From the NCBI GenBank assembly GCA_963666285.1, contig OY762711.1: a stretch of 64,000 bases of DNA. One strand, 5' to 3'. Position 1 is the first letter of the stretch, and every line of letters starts with the position of its first letter. Under the pieces are notes generated by a model. The model had not been told where the DNA came from. It ran no database searches and was given only the letters and a program-made list of their open reading frames with translations. Shown here one piece after another: positions 9,788 to 19,547 of this stretch. This DNA is from Sedimentisphaerales bacterium (GTDB lineage: Bacteria; Planctomycetota; Phycisphaerae; Sedimentisphaerales; SM23-30). Position numbers and translations under genes: made by a program.

Positions 9788-10129
9788 TAAACTATTAAGT
9801 TGTTGTATTATATGCATTTAAGTTTAAAAGTACATATCTAATTATCCACTATATTATACAATTGAAATATAATGATTTCAATTGAAAGCCGCGAGTAGAG
9901 CGGGTAATGGTTTAAAGTGCCGCAGGTTAGTTATTGGACGTTTGAAAATGTTAGCCATATTTATTTTAAGTTTTTGTAAGAAATATATGATATTTTATAA
10001 AAAATAGCGATAATATTTATTTCGGCTTATTAAAATAAGTCAGACTAGAAGTTAAAGTACTCGCTTGCGTTTGAATAAACTCATATGCCAGCGAGGCCAA
10101 ATATTAAGAAAACGGAAAATGGAATAAAA

Positions 10130-11257
10130 ATGAGCATGAAGATTAATTTATCATCACAGGATATTACACAGGCGGAGATAGATGCGGTAGTTGGAGTTAT
10201 GAAGTCAAGTCATTTGAGTCTTGGTCCGAAGCTGCCGGAATTTGAGAATAATTTTTGTGAGTATATTGGCCGCAAGCATGCGATAGCAGCGAACAGCGGT
10301 ACGAGTGCGTTGTTTATATTAGCGAAGAGTTTCGGTTGGGGGCCGGGCGACGAGGTGATAACGACGCCGTTCAGTTTTATCTCGACGACGAATTTTATCT
10401 TGATGACAGGAGCGACGCCTGTGTTTGTTGATATTGATCTGGACAGTTATAATATAACAGCTGAGGCGGTCGAGGCCAAGATAACGGATAAGACCAAAGG
10501 AATTGTTCCGGTTGAGGTATTTGGCAACCCTAAGCATTTGGATGAGATCTGGGAGCTGGCGAAGTCAAAAGGGATATACTGCCTGGAGGATTCTTGTGAG
10601 GCGTTGGGCAGTAAGATCAATGGCAAGATGGTTGGAACTTTGGGTGATGCGAGTACATTTGCGTTTTATCCAAACAAGCAGATGACGACCGGAGAAGGCG
10701 GGATAATCCTGACAGATAATGATGACGTTGCCGCGATGTGCCGATCGCTTCGTAACCAGGGCAGGGATGAGGGAGCCGGATGGCTGCAGCATGCGAGACT
10801 GGGCTATAATTACCGGTTAAGTGATATTAATTGTGCGATTGGTGTCGAGCAGCTGAAACGTATAGAAGAGATCATCGAGAAGCGAGCTAAGGTTGCGGGC
10901 GCGTACCAGGAGCTTCTGGGCGATGAAGAACGAATAATTTTGCCGAAGACACCGGATAACAGTCGAATAAGCTGGTTTGTCTTTGTTGTGCGGCTGGCGG
11001 ATAGTTACAGTCGTGAGCAGCGAGATAAGGTATTGGAGATATTGCGCGGCGAGGGAATCGGGTGCAGTAATTACTTTACGCCGATCCATATGCAGCCGTA
11101 TATCCAGGAAGCGGTGGGTACCAAGGCTGGCGATTTCCCGGTAACCGAGCATGTCTCGGACAGGACGATTGCACTGCCGTTCTTTAATAATCTGCCGATG
11201 GCAGATGTTGAGTTTGTAAGCTGTAAGTTGAGAGAAGCGCTGGATAAAATCTCATGA
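10130..11257 (+). CDS. DegT/DnrJ/EryC1/StrS-family PLP-dependent sugar aminotransferase
   Basis: NSGTSAL, EDSCEALG, FAFYPNKQMTTGEGG (PLP lysine) and LGYNYRL. Confidence 0.92.
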   Translation: MSMKINLSSQDITQAEIDAVVGVMKSSHLSLGPKLPEFENNFCEYIGRKHAIAANSGTSALFILAKSFGWGPGDEVITTPFSFISTTNFILMTGATPVFVDIDLDSYNITAEAVEAKITDKTKGIVPVEVFGNPKHLDEIWELAKSKGIYCLEDSCEALGSKINGKMVGTLGDASTFAFYPNKQMTTGEGGIILTDNDDVAAMCRSLRNQGRDEGAGWLQHARLGYNYRLSDINCAIGVEQLKRIEEIIEKRAKVAGAYQELLGDEERIILPKTPDNSRISWFVFVVRLADSYSREQRDKVLEILRGEGIGCSNYFTPIHMQPYIQEAVGTKAGDFPVTEHVSDRTIALPFFNNLPMADVEFVSCKLREALDKIS

Positions 11258-11320
11258 GATTTTATCCAGAGTTAAGAGTGAAGAACTGAGTATGTGCTTC
11301 GCATGTCGCAAGCGGGTGAA

Positions 11321-11376
11321 GAGTTGAGGTGTCTTGATGTACGTTGACATCAGGAATAATTCGCTGGCGCGACCTT
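11321..11376 (+). repeat. 56-bp dispersed repeat B, copy 2
   Basis: 53/56 identical to 8673-8728; preceded by heptamers GAGTTAA-GAGTGAA-GAACTGA. Confidence 0.9.
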
Positions 11377-11560
11377 AAAATAATCGGCTCCGCCGAAATT
11401 GAAATTGCAGGGTAGGGAGCGATATGGCTTAGAGAAGTTTGTGTGCTGCCTGATTAGACCGGCTCTTGATGTGGTTTGGATAAGTTCACGTATTAGATGG
11501 ATAATAATATTTTTAATGAGGCAGGATAGTTCGTTGAAAATGAGGATTTAAAATTGGCGC

Positions 11561-11589
11561 TTGCATAATAATGAATAATGGTTTATTAT
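11561..11589 (+). promoter_or_regulatory. Putative sigma70 promoter for the small basic protein gene
   Basis: TTGCAT-N17-TATTAT. Confidence 0.55.
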
Positions 11590-11675
11590 ATGTGGCTCTT
11601 TGCTATTGAAAAAAGAGCATTGGCTATCAATGCATTAATGATAAGTAATTGTAAAAACTAGACTTGGAGATTGCA

Positions 11676-11753
11676 ATGGGTAAAGCAAGACGTCGTCGTA
11701 AAGTAGGCAGCAAGAAACGAAAAGCACGCTGGAAGGCTCGTCACAAGAAATAA
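11676..11753 (+). CDS. 25-aa basic peptide, probable ribosomal protein bS22 (AURKAIP1/COX24/mS38-like)
   Basis: MGKARRRRKVGSKKRKARWKARHKK* with a GGAG RBS at 11666. The pattern matches the Bacteroidetes-type bS22 (GKKRKRHKVATHKRKKR...RHKK, recalled from memory). Confidence 0.75.
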   Translation: MGKARRRRKVGSKKRKARWKARHKK

Positions 11754-11789
11754 TTGAATTAAGCTGACAAAGTTCAGCTTAAGCGGTGT

Positions 11790-12045
11790 TAGATATTAGT
11801 TAAGTATCAGGAAAGGTTTGTCTCTAGTCTTTGATAAAGTCAGGACGGGTCGAATATAATTTCCAGCACTAATTAACTTAATCTTATACTAAGAAAATTA
11901 TTTCAGAGCTATATAGACAAGCGGTTTTTTTGCGCTTCCTGAATTTACATGGATGTTATTGAATAAAGGATACTCAGGACGAGTATCACATTGATCGAAA
12001 CGCAAAACACCTGGGCTGACAGTTCAGTTCAGGTGTTTTTCTGCG
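11790..12045 (+). ncRNA. Candidate structured sRNA or 3' UTR with five GGA motifs (CsrA/RsmA-binding-like)
   Basis: Long stem TCAGGAA/TTCCTGA with inner GTTTGTCT/AGACAAGC; hairpins ACAT-GG-ATGT and GATACTC-AGGAC-GAGTATC; ends in a strong terminator. Confidence 0.5.
12001..12045 (+). terminator. Intrinsic terminator
   Basis: AAAACACCTGGGCTGA-cagt-TCAGTTCAGGTGTTTTT. Confidence 0.75.
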
Positions 12046-12091
12046 CGCAGGGAACGTCATAGACATAGGGCAGACAAGTTATGTTAAATAA

Positions 12092-12170
12092 CTCAAACTG
12101 ACCGATGGCCAGTTTGAGAGGTATTAGGTATTAGTTATTTGGTATTAGGGAAGGTTTGCCGCGAAGCGGC
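12092..12170 (+). repeat. Hairpin module A (CTCAAACTGACCGATGGCCAGTTTGAG) + GGTATTA heptamer tract + GCCGCGAAGCGGC palindrome
   Basis: Module A recurs at 19241-19260, at 5402-5420 (degenerate) and inverted at 58913-58930. Confidence 0.75.
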
Positions 12171-12282
12171 AGGCTAATTAAATCATTAATGTAACAATTT
12201 GCATTGAATTGTGTTACAGCAATAAAAAATGTAAAATCGGTCACTTTGAGTAAATTAAAAAACTGTTGTTTTTTAATTTAAC

Positions 12283-12530
12283 AAGTGAAGAACTAAGAGT
12301 GAAGAGAAGAGTTGCGGTGTCGCTGACGCGACCTTAAATAAAGAGTAAAGTGTAAAATATAAATGTAAAGAAGGTGTTCTGTGCCATACGGTAGAGGACC
12401 CTTGTTTTACAAGCTGACGCATAAGTCGGCTTCTATTATAATCGTTGCAATTATATATATTGTAATATGTTATGAATGTTATAAATACAAACGACACATA
12501 AAAAGAAGAATATGATTGGTAGTTGTATAG
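12283..12530 (+). repeat. Composite repeat: GTGAAGA-type heptamers, 'empty' repeat-B core and repeat C
   Basis: GGTGTC-GCTGACGCGACCTT equals repeat B without its 29-bp hairpin insert; 12340-12530 aligns with 5481-5620. Confidence 0.75.
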
Positions 12531-12574
12531 CGATTAGGGTAACGGTTGAGTGAGTAAAAAAGAGACAGCGCAAT

Positions 12575-12618
12575 AAAAAACCTCTGAATCAGTATAAGCT
12601 ACTAACTTTCAGAGGTTT
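12575..12618 (-). terminator. Terminator of the ferredoxin gene
   Basis: AAACCTCTGA...TCAGAGGTTT stem, with a T-run on the minus strand. Confidence 0.65.
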
Positions 12619-12641
12619 ATATTGCAAATTAGTGGTTGGTA

Positions 12642-12812
12642 TTAACCAGCATTAATAGCAGAGACGGGACATTCATCCACGCAAGCACCGCAGTCGATGC
12701 AAAGGCTAGGATCGATTGAGTATTGTTCTTCACCTTCTTTGATAGCTTCTACCGGGCATGCGTCCAAACAGGTACCGCAAGTTGTACATTCACTTGAAAT
12801 AACATGTGCCAT
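12642..12812 (-). CDS. 2[4Fe-4S] clostridial-type ferredoxin (56 aa; missing from the ORF track)
   Basis: MAHVISSECTTCGTCLDACPVEAIKEGEEQYSIDPSLCIDCGACVDECPVSAINAG*; two CxxCxxCxxxCP motifs; AAGGAG RBS. Confidence 0.95.
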   Translation of the reverse strand: MAHVISSECTTCGTCLDACPVEAIKEGEEQYSIDPSLCIDCGACVDECPVSAINAG

Positions 12813-13327
12813 TTTTCTTACTCCTTACAAATAGAGAGTTATATACATTCATGCCGGTATAGCATCCGGCGTTTCAATTACAATTAAGATATAGATTAAA
12901 CTGATAATTCACAATTAGTCAACTATGATTTTATTATTTTTCTGTTTTTTTTCGGCAATTATTTTTGTTTGTAATTATTTGTGAGATAGTGACTTGTAAG
13001 CCAAAGAAAATAAGTTATGGCTAACATTCTGAATAAGGGCTGAACTAATGGATTTTTACGTTAAGAATAGGGGGTGTTTATATGTGTCTGGAAGTGAACC
13101 AAGCGTAATATTATAGAAAATCGTCATATACCATTAATGTATATACAGGAAGGTGTGGAGGTAACTAAATGTATATCCGGATAGGGAATTTAAGACATAG
13201 ATTGGTTTCGATATTTATAAGTTGTTTTATTTTATGACTTTATATTAATTGGCAAATTATGGCATGACTGTTGTTAATAGTAAGGCATTAACAGAAAAGA
13301 AACACCCTATTATTAAGGAGAGCAGTT

Positions 13328-14251
13328 ATGCAGAAGGCAATAAGAACATTTGGATTATTATTTTTGATGGTGGCGGTAGTGGGCTGCGGGACGGGCAGTC
13401 ATACAGGTTATGCATCGCCGAGAGAGACAATGCTGTCTGACATGCCTGATGCCGGAGCTTCAAATGCACCAGGTGGAGAAGTGCAGGATAAGGTAGGAAG
13501 TTATACATTGGGCAGTAGCAAAAACAAACCTGTGGGATCAGAGGAGATGTTCCCGGTAAACATATCAGTTGCTCATGTGAGCTATAATGATTATTACGGT
13601 ATGTATAACAGATATAATAATGGTCAGTCAAAAGATAAGTTTAAGGTTGTAACTACACGAGACATTGAGCAGCAGGTTCATTATGAGATGCTGGGCAAGC
13701 TTGCCGGAGTAAATTCTATCGCACCGATCAATTTTATGCTGGTACCTGACAAGTGTGAGAATATTCGAGATCTGTGTAAGGCAGCCGGGGTGCTAAATAC
13801 CGATATGCTGCTGGTGTATACATTAGAGACCAGTAATAAAACCAAGGCGGTCGATATCGGTCCGCTGGCAGCGGTAACGCTGGGCTTTACACCTAACCGG
13901 ATGGAATATGTTACATCGACAGCGGCGGCGACGCTGATAGATGTTCGGACGGGTCATGTATTTGGTTCTTTTGAAGGGAGCTGGACGAATAATCATAATT
14001 CCAGTGTATGGTCGGAGAATGAGATAAGGACGAATCTAAGTATCGATACCCAGCAGAAGGCATTTGATATACTGGTGAATACTGTCTGTAAGGCATGGCC
14101 TGAGGTTGTAAGTCAGAACAGGTACAGGGTAGTGAGTACGGAAAGATCATATGGTAAACTGACCCGGCCAGTGAAGCAATCGGTGGTGTCGGTTGAGCAT
14201 TCAAGTAATGATGAGGGTGATGGAGTCGAAGGCAATTCGTTTTGGGATTAG
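13328..14251 (+). CDS. Hypothetical lipoprotein
   Basis: AAGGAG RBS; lipobox VVGC; A(T)LIDVRTG motif typical of CsgG/LpoB-like folds. Confidence 0.7.
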   Translation: MQKAIRTFGLLFLMVAVVGCGTGSHTGYASPRETMLSDMPDAGASNAPGGEVQDKVGSYTLGSSKNKPVGSEEMFPVNISVAHVSYNDYYGMYNRYNNGQSKDKFKVVTTRDIEQQVHYEMLGKLAGVNSIAPINFMLVPDKCENIRDLCKAAGVLNTDMLLVYTLETSNKTKAVDIGPLAAVTLGFTPNRMEYVTSTAAATLIDVRTGHVFGSFEGSWTNNHNSSVWSENEIRTNLSIDTQQKAFDILVNTVCKAWPEVVSQNRYRVVSTERSYGKLTRPVKQSVVSVEHSSNDEGDGVEGNSFWD

Positions 14252-14574
14252 AATCAGAGCCGGAGCAATTTTTAATTCAAACTTATTTATGGTTCGGTTT
14301 GGGAGGAATTGGTATCTGGCAGGGAATGTCGCAGATCGGCAACCAAATTGAAATTATTGTAACCGTTCACACGGTTAGAGTAATAAGATATAAGTAAAAA
14401 GAAATAAGCTAAGGTTGCGCTTATCGCGAACTATTTTAAAGCTCCGCAAACACAGAATCTGACGCAAATAACGCACCTGTGAGTGCTTACAAATAATTAA
14501 AGTAACAGATTGCACTATAATTTGAAACAGCAAAGCGAAGTGTAAAACGGGCGTTTTGAGTAAAGGAAACACTA

Positions 14575-15759
14575 ATGGATAATACGAATATAGCCGGTAG
14601 AAGAAAACGAATATTGTTTACCCCGACGCTGGGTTTTGCCCACGTTACCAGGTCGCTGATGCTTGCCAAAGAGCTGGCAGGAGATTTTGATGTAAGGGTA
14701 TCGCTTTCGCGCGAGTTTGTTTCGCTGGCGGAAGAATTGCAGATAGATACGCAGCCGGTTGATCTGGCGGTTATCGATTATGAGAAGTTTGCGCGTGGTG
14801 AGCCGATGTTTGAAACCGAGGAGATAATAGAGCAGTATGCCAGTGTCTATGGTGCAGTTATGGACGAATACAAGCCAGATTGTGTAGTTAGTTCGATGCC
14901 TCTCGCGGTAAGGATACCGATCCAGTCGCGAGGAATCCCGCATGTTACAATCTTTGATGCCTGTAATCATCCTAAGTTTGGACTTTCGGATGAATTGCCG
15001 CCAGAGCAGCTGCAACAGCGGATGGTGCAGGTTAGAGAGATGTTTGCCCGGTTCAATGCGGTAGCGAAGCGGCATAATGCGTCTGAGGGCGATTCGCTGC
15101 GGGCATTTTTTACTGCGGACTTTAACTTGATACCGGATTTACCGACATTGTTTCCTATTGATGAACTGCCGGAGGGGTTTGTATTTATGGGGCCGGTAAC
15201 ATGGAAGGGAGCTGACAAGCCGCTTGATCCTACAGTTGTGGTAGATCCGGATAAGCCGCTGGTCTATGTGTCAATGGGCAGCTCCGGTAATCGTGAGCAT
15301 ATGAAAATGATAGCGAAGCAGCTGCGGGATTCGCCGTACCAGGTTGTAATAACCACTGGCGGGGTGATCGAAGCTTGTGAGCTGCAATCATATGAGCGGC
15401 CCGGCTTTTATGTCAGGGATTTTCTGGCGGGAGATAAGGTAATGGCCTTGAGTAAAGAGACGGTTGTAATATGTCATGGCGGGATAGGAACTGTCTACCA
15501 GGCATTGGAACATGAGGTGCGCGGCATACTCGTTATGCCGGCACATTGGCAGCATAAGCGGATTGGGAATCGCCTGGCAGAGATAGGGCTGGGAAAACTT
15601 TTAACAGAAACTGATCTGTCAAGAGTTGTCGAATATGCTGATGAGCTGCAGACAACCCCTAAAGGTTCAGCTTCATTTGATATTAAAACAGGCTTTCAGA
15701 CATACGTTGGCGCTCCTTTGGGAAAAGAAATAATTTCAGGATTTATGAGCAGCTTATAG
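14575..15759 (+). CDS. GT-B glycosyltransferase, GT1/MGT-like
   Basis: LGFAHVTR N-terminus, PLVYVSMGS and ICHGGIGTVYQAL. Confidence 0.8.
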   Translation: MDNTNIAGRRKRILFTPTLGFAHVTRSLMLAKELAGDFDVRVSLSREFVSLAEELQIDTQPVDLAVIDYEKFARGEPMFETEEIIEQYASVYGAVMDEYKPDCVVSSMPLAVRIPIQSRGIPHVTIFDACNHPKFGLSDELPPEQLQQRMVQVREMFARFNAVAKRHNASEGDSLRAFFTADFNLIPDLPTLFPIDELPEGFVFMGPVTWKGADKPLDPTVVVDPDKPLVYVSMGSSGNREHMKMIAKQLRDSPYQVVITTGGVIEACELQSYERPGFYVRDFLAGDKVMALSKETVVICHGGIGTVYQALEHEVRGILVMPAHWQHKRIGNRLAEIGLGKLLTETDLSRVVEYADELQTTPKGSASFDIKTGFQTYVGAPLGKEIISGFMSSL

Positions 15760-16249
15760 CCAAAAGCTAAGAAAAGGCAGTAGGCAGTGGTCGGCAGGCA
15801 GAAGGGACGATTGTTGCTTCGCAACCTTGTATAAAACGCCTGGCGGCTAAATGTACCGAGCTGGGTTCGGCGAACCCGGCATGGAAGAATTTATACGCAT
15901 AGGAGGGGTAAAGGTATCTGATAGCTCTAATTTCCCTTTAAGACAATTAGAAAGTTCGAATGAGAAAAACGACCAACTACGTCCTATAATTCCTTTCGGG
16001 TGCTATTTATTGTTTATAGCTTCTTAACCTGGATGTATATATTTTAGTGGACTAGCTTTCTCGCTACTATTATTATGTTCAATAGTAGGATTTGATCGTG
16101 GTTTGCACCTGTATATAGGGGATTTGTCTTAATTACCTGCGGTAATCTGTCGATAACGATTTAGTGATTGTATTTACATAATTAAAGCTAATAAGAGCGT
16201 TTACCATAAAATAACATAACTATAGTTTACATTTCCAGCGAGGTCAGAA

Positions 16250-17740
16250 ATGAGAAAAATCAGCTTACTTATTTTGTTCATCATTGTAATCTTTGATTGT
16301 CCGGTACTTGCCAAAGATATCTATGTCAGTCCTTCTGCCGATGGCGACTTTACTACAATCACAGATGCTTACAATGCAGATTCTACTGTAGATGGTGATG
16401 TAATTATTCTTGCTCCTGTTGAATACCTGGAAAACCTGACATTTCAAAGTAAGAGAGTCACTTTACGCGGAGAATCACCGGAACTAAGAGATCAAACAAT
16501 TATAGCAGGAGGAGAAAGTGTTACTGCATATATTGTTGATTCTGCGCATGGAACAGTTTTTAAGGACTTAACAGTTAAACATCAGCCTGGTAAAATTGGG
16601 TCTGGCCTTTACATTGGTGCAAATAATATCTCTATAATCAACTGTCAGGTAACCGGTAATATTAGTGATGAAAATTATGGTTCCGCTCTTTACGCAGGAG
16701 GCTGCGATGATTTAATTATCAGCGATTGTAATATTCATTTAAATAGTGCAAACGATTATGGTGGGATAATTTATCTTGGAGGTTGTGAGAATGTGATGAT
16801 CTCTAATTGCCAGATACATAATAATAATACTTATGGTACGGGTGGCATAGTGCAAATGGAATCATCCGAAATCATTACTTTTAAGAACTGTGAGTTCTAT
16901 GAAAACAATTGTCGCGATAAGGGAGGGGCGTTATGTCTGAGGCAATCAGATTTACAATGCGTCAATTGTAAGTTTATAAATAACACAGTCGATGCCGACG
17001 ATGAAAGTATTACTGATAAAGCCAGGGGCGGCGCAATCTATTTGGATGATACTGAATTAATTTTATCGAACTGTGTTTTTAGCGGTAATACGGTAACCGG
17101 TCAGGCAGTACCGTTAGGCGGTGCTATATATAGCATTGAATCTGCACCGGTTATTACCAATTGTACTTTCTATCAAAATTTCGCACAAAATAGCGGTAGA
17201 GGTGGAGCAATATACAATTCTGACAATTCTAAGCCGCTTATCAGTAATTGCATCTTCCGCTTGAACAATTCTAATGGAGAAATTACCAATGCCTCAACCG
17301 CGCACCCGCAGATCAGATATAGCCTGGTGTACGGCAGCGGCGGCAGCGACAACTGGGACACTTCTATCGGAGAAGATCTTGGCAGCAATATTGATGGTTA
17401 TCCATATTTTAACTCTAGCGAAGACCTCACTCTCAAAAGAATTTCTCCATGTATTGATGCCGGTCGTTCCGAGCTGCTTGGCCTGGATACTGCCGATGTT
17501 GACAATGACGGCGATACCTTCGAATGGATTCCGTTTGATGTAGATGGTAATCCCAGGTTCTCAAATGCACTGCATAGACCAGATATGCCAAATATGCCAT
17601 ATCCATCTATTGATATGGGAGCTTATGAATATCATGGGATACCATCAGTGGGGCTTATCGGCGATATCGATGGCAGTGGAATCGTTGACCTGCTCGACTT
17701 CCAGCTAATGGCAGGCAACTGGCTCAAAACAACTGATTAA
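16250..17740 (+). CDS. Secreted right-handed beta-helix (GGAI-repeat) protein with choice-of-anchor-Q-like segment and dockerin-like tail
   Basis: Signal peptide, repeated NCxFxxN...GGAIY, SPCIDAG...IDMGAYE, and C-terminal GDIDGSGIVDLLDFQLMAGNWL. Confidence 0.8.
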   Translation: MRKISLLILFIIVIFDCPVLAKDIYVSPSADGDFTTITDAYNADSTVDGDVIILAPVEYLENLTFQSKRVTLRGESPELRDQTIIAGGESVTAYIVDSAHGTVFKDLTVKHQPGKIGSGLYIGANNISIINCQVTGNISDENYGSALYAGGCDDLIISDCNIHLNSANDYGGIIYLGGCENVMISNCQIHNNNTYGTGGIVQMESSEIITFKNCEFYENNCRDKGGALCLRQSDLQCVNCKFINNTVDADDESITDKARGGAIYLDDTELILSNCVFSGNTVTGQAVPLGGAIYSIESAPVITNCTFYQNFAQNSGRGGAIYNSDNSKPLISNCIFRLNNSNGEITNASTAHPQIRYSLVYGSGGSDNWDTSIGEDLGSNIDGYPYFNSSEDLTLKRISPCIDAGRSELLGLDTADVDNDGDTFEWIPFDVDGNPRFSNALHRPDMPNMPYPSIDMGAYEYHGIPSVGLIGDIDGSGIVDLLDFQLMAGNWLKTTD

Positions 17741-17751
17741 CAAATCCAGGG

Positions 17752-18042
17752 TTATTTTGAAGTTTGTGGTTTGGGAAATATTTTTTTGGTTACGGTAATG
17801 ATAGCAGCGATGATGAGCCATTGCGGTATTCCGGCAAGGACTAGCGGGAGCAGATCCATTTGGATGCCCATAGTTTTCAGCAGCCATACGCCTGAGTAGT
17901 TAGCGTAATAGTATAACATGGAGAATGCGAAGGATGATCCCTGGTCGTTTATGCCTATGGTGGTATCGAAGATTAACAGTACTATGCCTAGGAGAAGGTG
18001 TATGGCGAGAATTGTTATGGTGATTTTGTCAAAAGGTTTCAT
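17752..18042 (-). CDS. Small hypothetical membrane protein
   Basis: 96 aa with 2-3 hydrophobic helices; 11 bp downstream of the 334-aa gene. Confidence 0.6.
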   Translation of the reverse strand: MKPFDKITITILAIHLLLGIVLLIFDTTIGINDQGSSFAFSMLYYYANYSGVWLLKTMGIQMDLLPLVLAGIPQWLIIAAIITVTKKIFPKPQTSK

Positions 18043-18053
18043 AGTTGTTTATT

Positions 18054-19058
18054 TCATTTAGTATTGTTATTTTTAGTGTCTAAAGTGATATTGATTGGTT
18101 GAGATACGGCTTGTCCGGTCCAGAAGTCATCGGTTCCTAGAGTTTTGATCAGCCATTCGCTTTTGTTAGGAAAGTATTCAAATACAGCAGCAATTTCGAA
18201 TTTTCCTGGTTTTTCAACGAGAAAAGCGTTCCAGGGATCTTCGGTAACCCATAGCTTATTACCTTTTAAATATTTATCATAAATATTATGTTGTGGTTTT
18301 GGAACGAGTATTAATAAAGTTGTTTCGAGTTTGAAGCTATCGCCCGGCAAGAGCTTGACAACTTTAGGATATGGAAAATCTTTATGAGATAATTGGATTT
18401 TGTTAGTATATAAGCCATAGGAGTTTTTAAAGTATAGTTTATTTCCGAGTGGAGCATCATCGTTTACATAATTGACAACATTATCTGAGATATTTTTAAT
18501 AGTTGCGACAATTGAAATAGAATTATCAAAATAATCAGGTCCAGGTTTTGTATTGAGTGTGACTTGGATTGAATCTGATAGGTTGACAGCGTAATATTTA
18601 CTGATCAAGCAGCTTCGCTGTGGTTCGGGCATTTCCCAATGGGAAGTGTAATTTATGGCAAGACTGGAATTGTGCCTGGAGTCGTGAGTGTTTTTTTTAA
18701 GAATATCAAGAGCTTTTGGAGTGTTGATACAGAACAGTGCCTGTTCGGCAGCGAATCTGTGTATGCGTGTGTCAAAATTATTTTCATCTATAACCTGGCT
18801 AAGCTGTTTAATTATTAGGTCAGGTTCGGGAATCTTATGAGCGATTGCCAATGATCTGATTTTTAATATATCATAGAAGGATAATTTTAGAATTTCAGAA
18901 TTAGCACCTGGTTGGCTTCGTTCGGCCAGGTCAGAGATATTTCCCAGCCGGTGCGTGTTAATAATATCAGTAAAAGTTTGAGGTTCTGAGTTATCCGGTT
19001 GAGATGCTAAAACCGATAGCATTAAGGCTAAAATGTATATAAGTATATATAGTTTCAA
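18054..19058 (-). CDS. Hypothetical secreted protein
   Basis: 334-aa ORF; TTG start after GGAG; N-terminal signal peptide; AT-rich. Confidence 0.65.
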   Translation of the reverse strand: MKLYILIYILALMLSVLASQPDNSEPQTFTDIINTHRLGNISDLAERSQPGANSEILKLSFYDILKIRSLAIAHKIPEPDLIIKQLSQVIDENNFDTRIHRFAAEQALFCINTPKALDILKKNTHDSRHNSSLAINYTSHWEMPEPQRSCLISKYYAVNLSDSIQVTLNTKPGPDYFDNSISIVATIKNISDNVVNYVNDDAPLGNKLYFKNSYGLYTNKIQLSHKDFPYPKVVKLLPGDSFKLETTLLILVPKPQHNIYDKYLKGNKLWVTEDPWNAFLVEKPGKFEIAAVFEYFPNKSEWLIKTLGTDDFWTGQAVSQPINITLDTKNNNTK

Positions 19059-19240
19059 TGGCTTGCTCCATTTGATCTAAGAATATCAGCCGATGTTCTA
19101 CTTATACCACAGTGGAAATTGTCAGTCAAGAGGTTTAGGATTATGTTATAAAGGCTGAATTATTGGTTGTATGGCGGCGAAAAGAGAGCTATAATGCGTA
19201 AGATAAATATTCATAAAGGTTTAAGTTAGGTAAATTACAT

Positions 19241-19352
19241 AAACTGACGATGGTCAGTTTGGGTAAGTGAAGAACGAAGAACTAATAGTGAAGAATTAAG
19301 GTGTTCACTTCGTTCACGTTTATTTTTAAGCTAATGCGAAAGTCAGCTTTTT
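19241..19352 (+). repeat. Composite repeat (module A + GAACGAA/GAACTAA heptamers + AAGCT..AGCTT hairpin)
   Basis: Same modules as at 5402-5550 and 12092-12430. Confidence 0.7.
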
Positions 19353-19514
19353 ATGAAATTGTTATAAAGTATTATAGCTTATAGTTTTATCGAATAATAC
19401 ACATAGTGTGCGATTATGTCCGATCGCTAGGAAGGTAAGTAATGAAATTATAGTTATTTATCTTACGTTCGAATGGGCATTTTTAACTGTTATGGGTATA
19501 GAGACAAAAAAGTT

Positions 19515-19542
19515 GGAACATTACGGAACTATGGCGGTCTAA
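19515..19542 (+). promoter_or_regulatory. ECF (sigmaE-type) promoter, probably autoregulatory
   Basis: GGAAC-N17-GTCTAA immediately before the ECF sigma ATG at 19548. Confidence 0.65.
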
Positions 19543-19547
19543 TATAA

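Noticed and set aside
12062..12089. TTATGTTAAAT (12079-12089), identical to the XerD arm of E. coli dif
   Set aside because: The XerC-arm position (GACATAGGGCA) does not fit, and G-skew continues well past this point.
15880..16135. Hydrophobic coding-like fragments between the GT1 and beta-helix genes
   Set aside because: Interrupted by stops, with no recognisable family.
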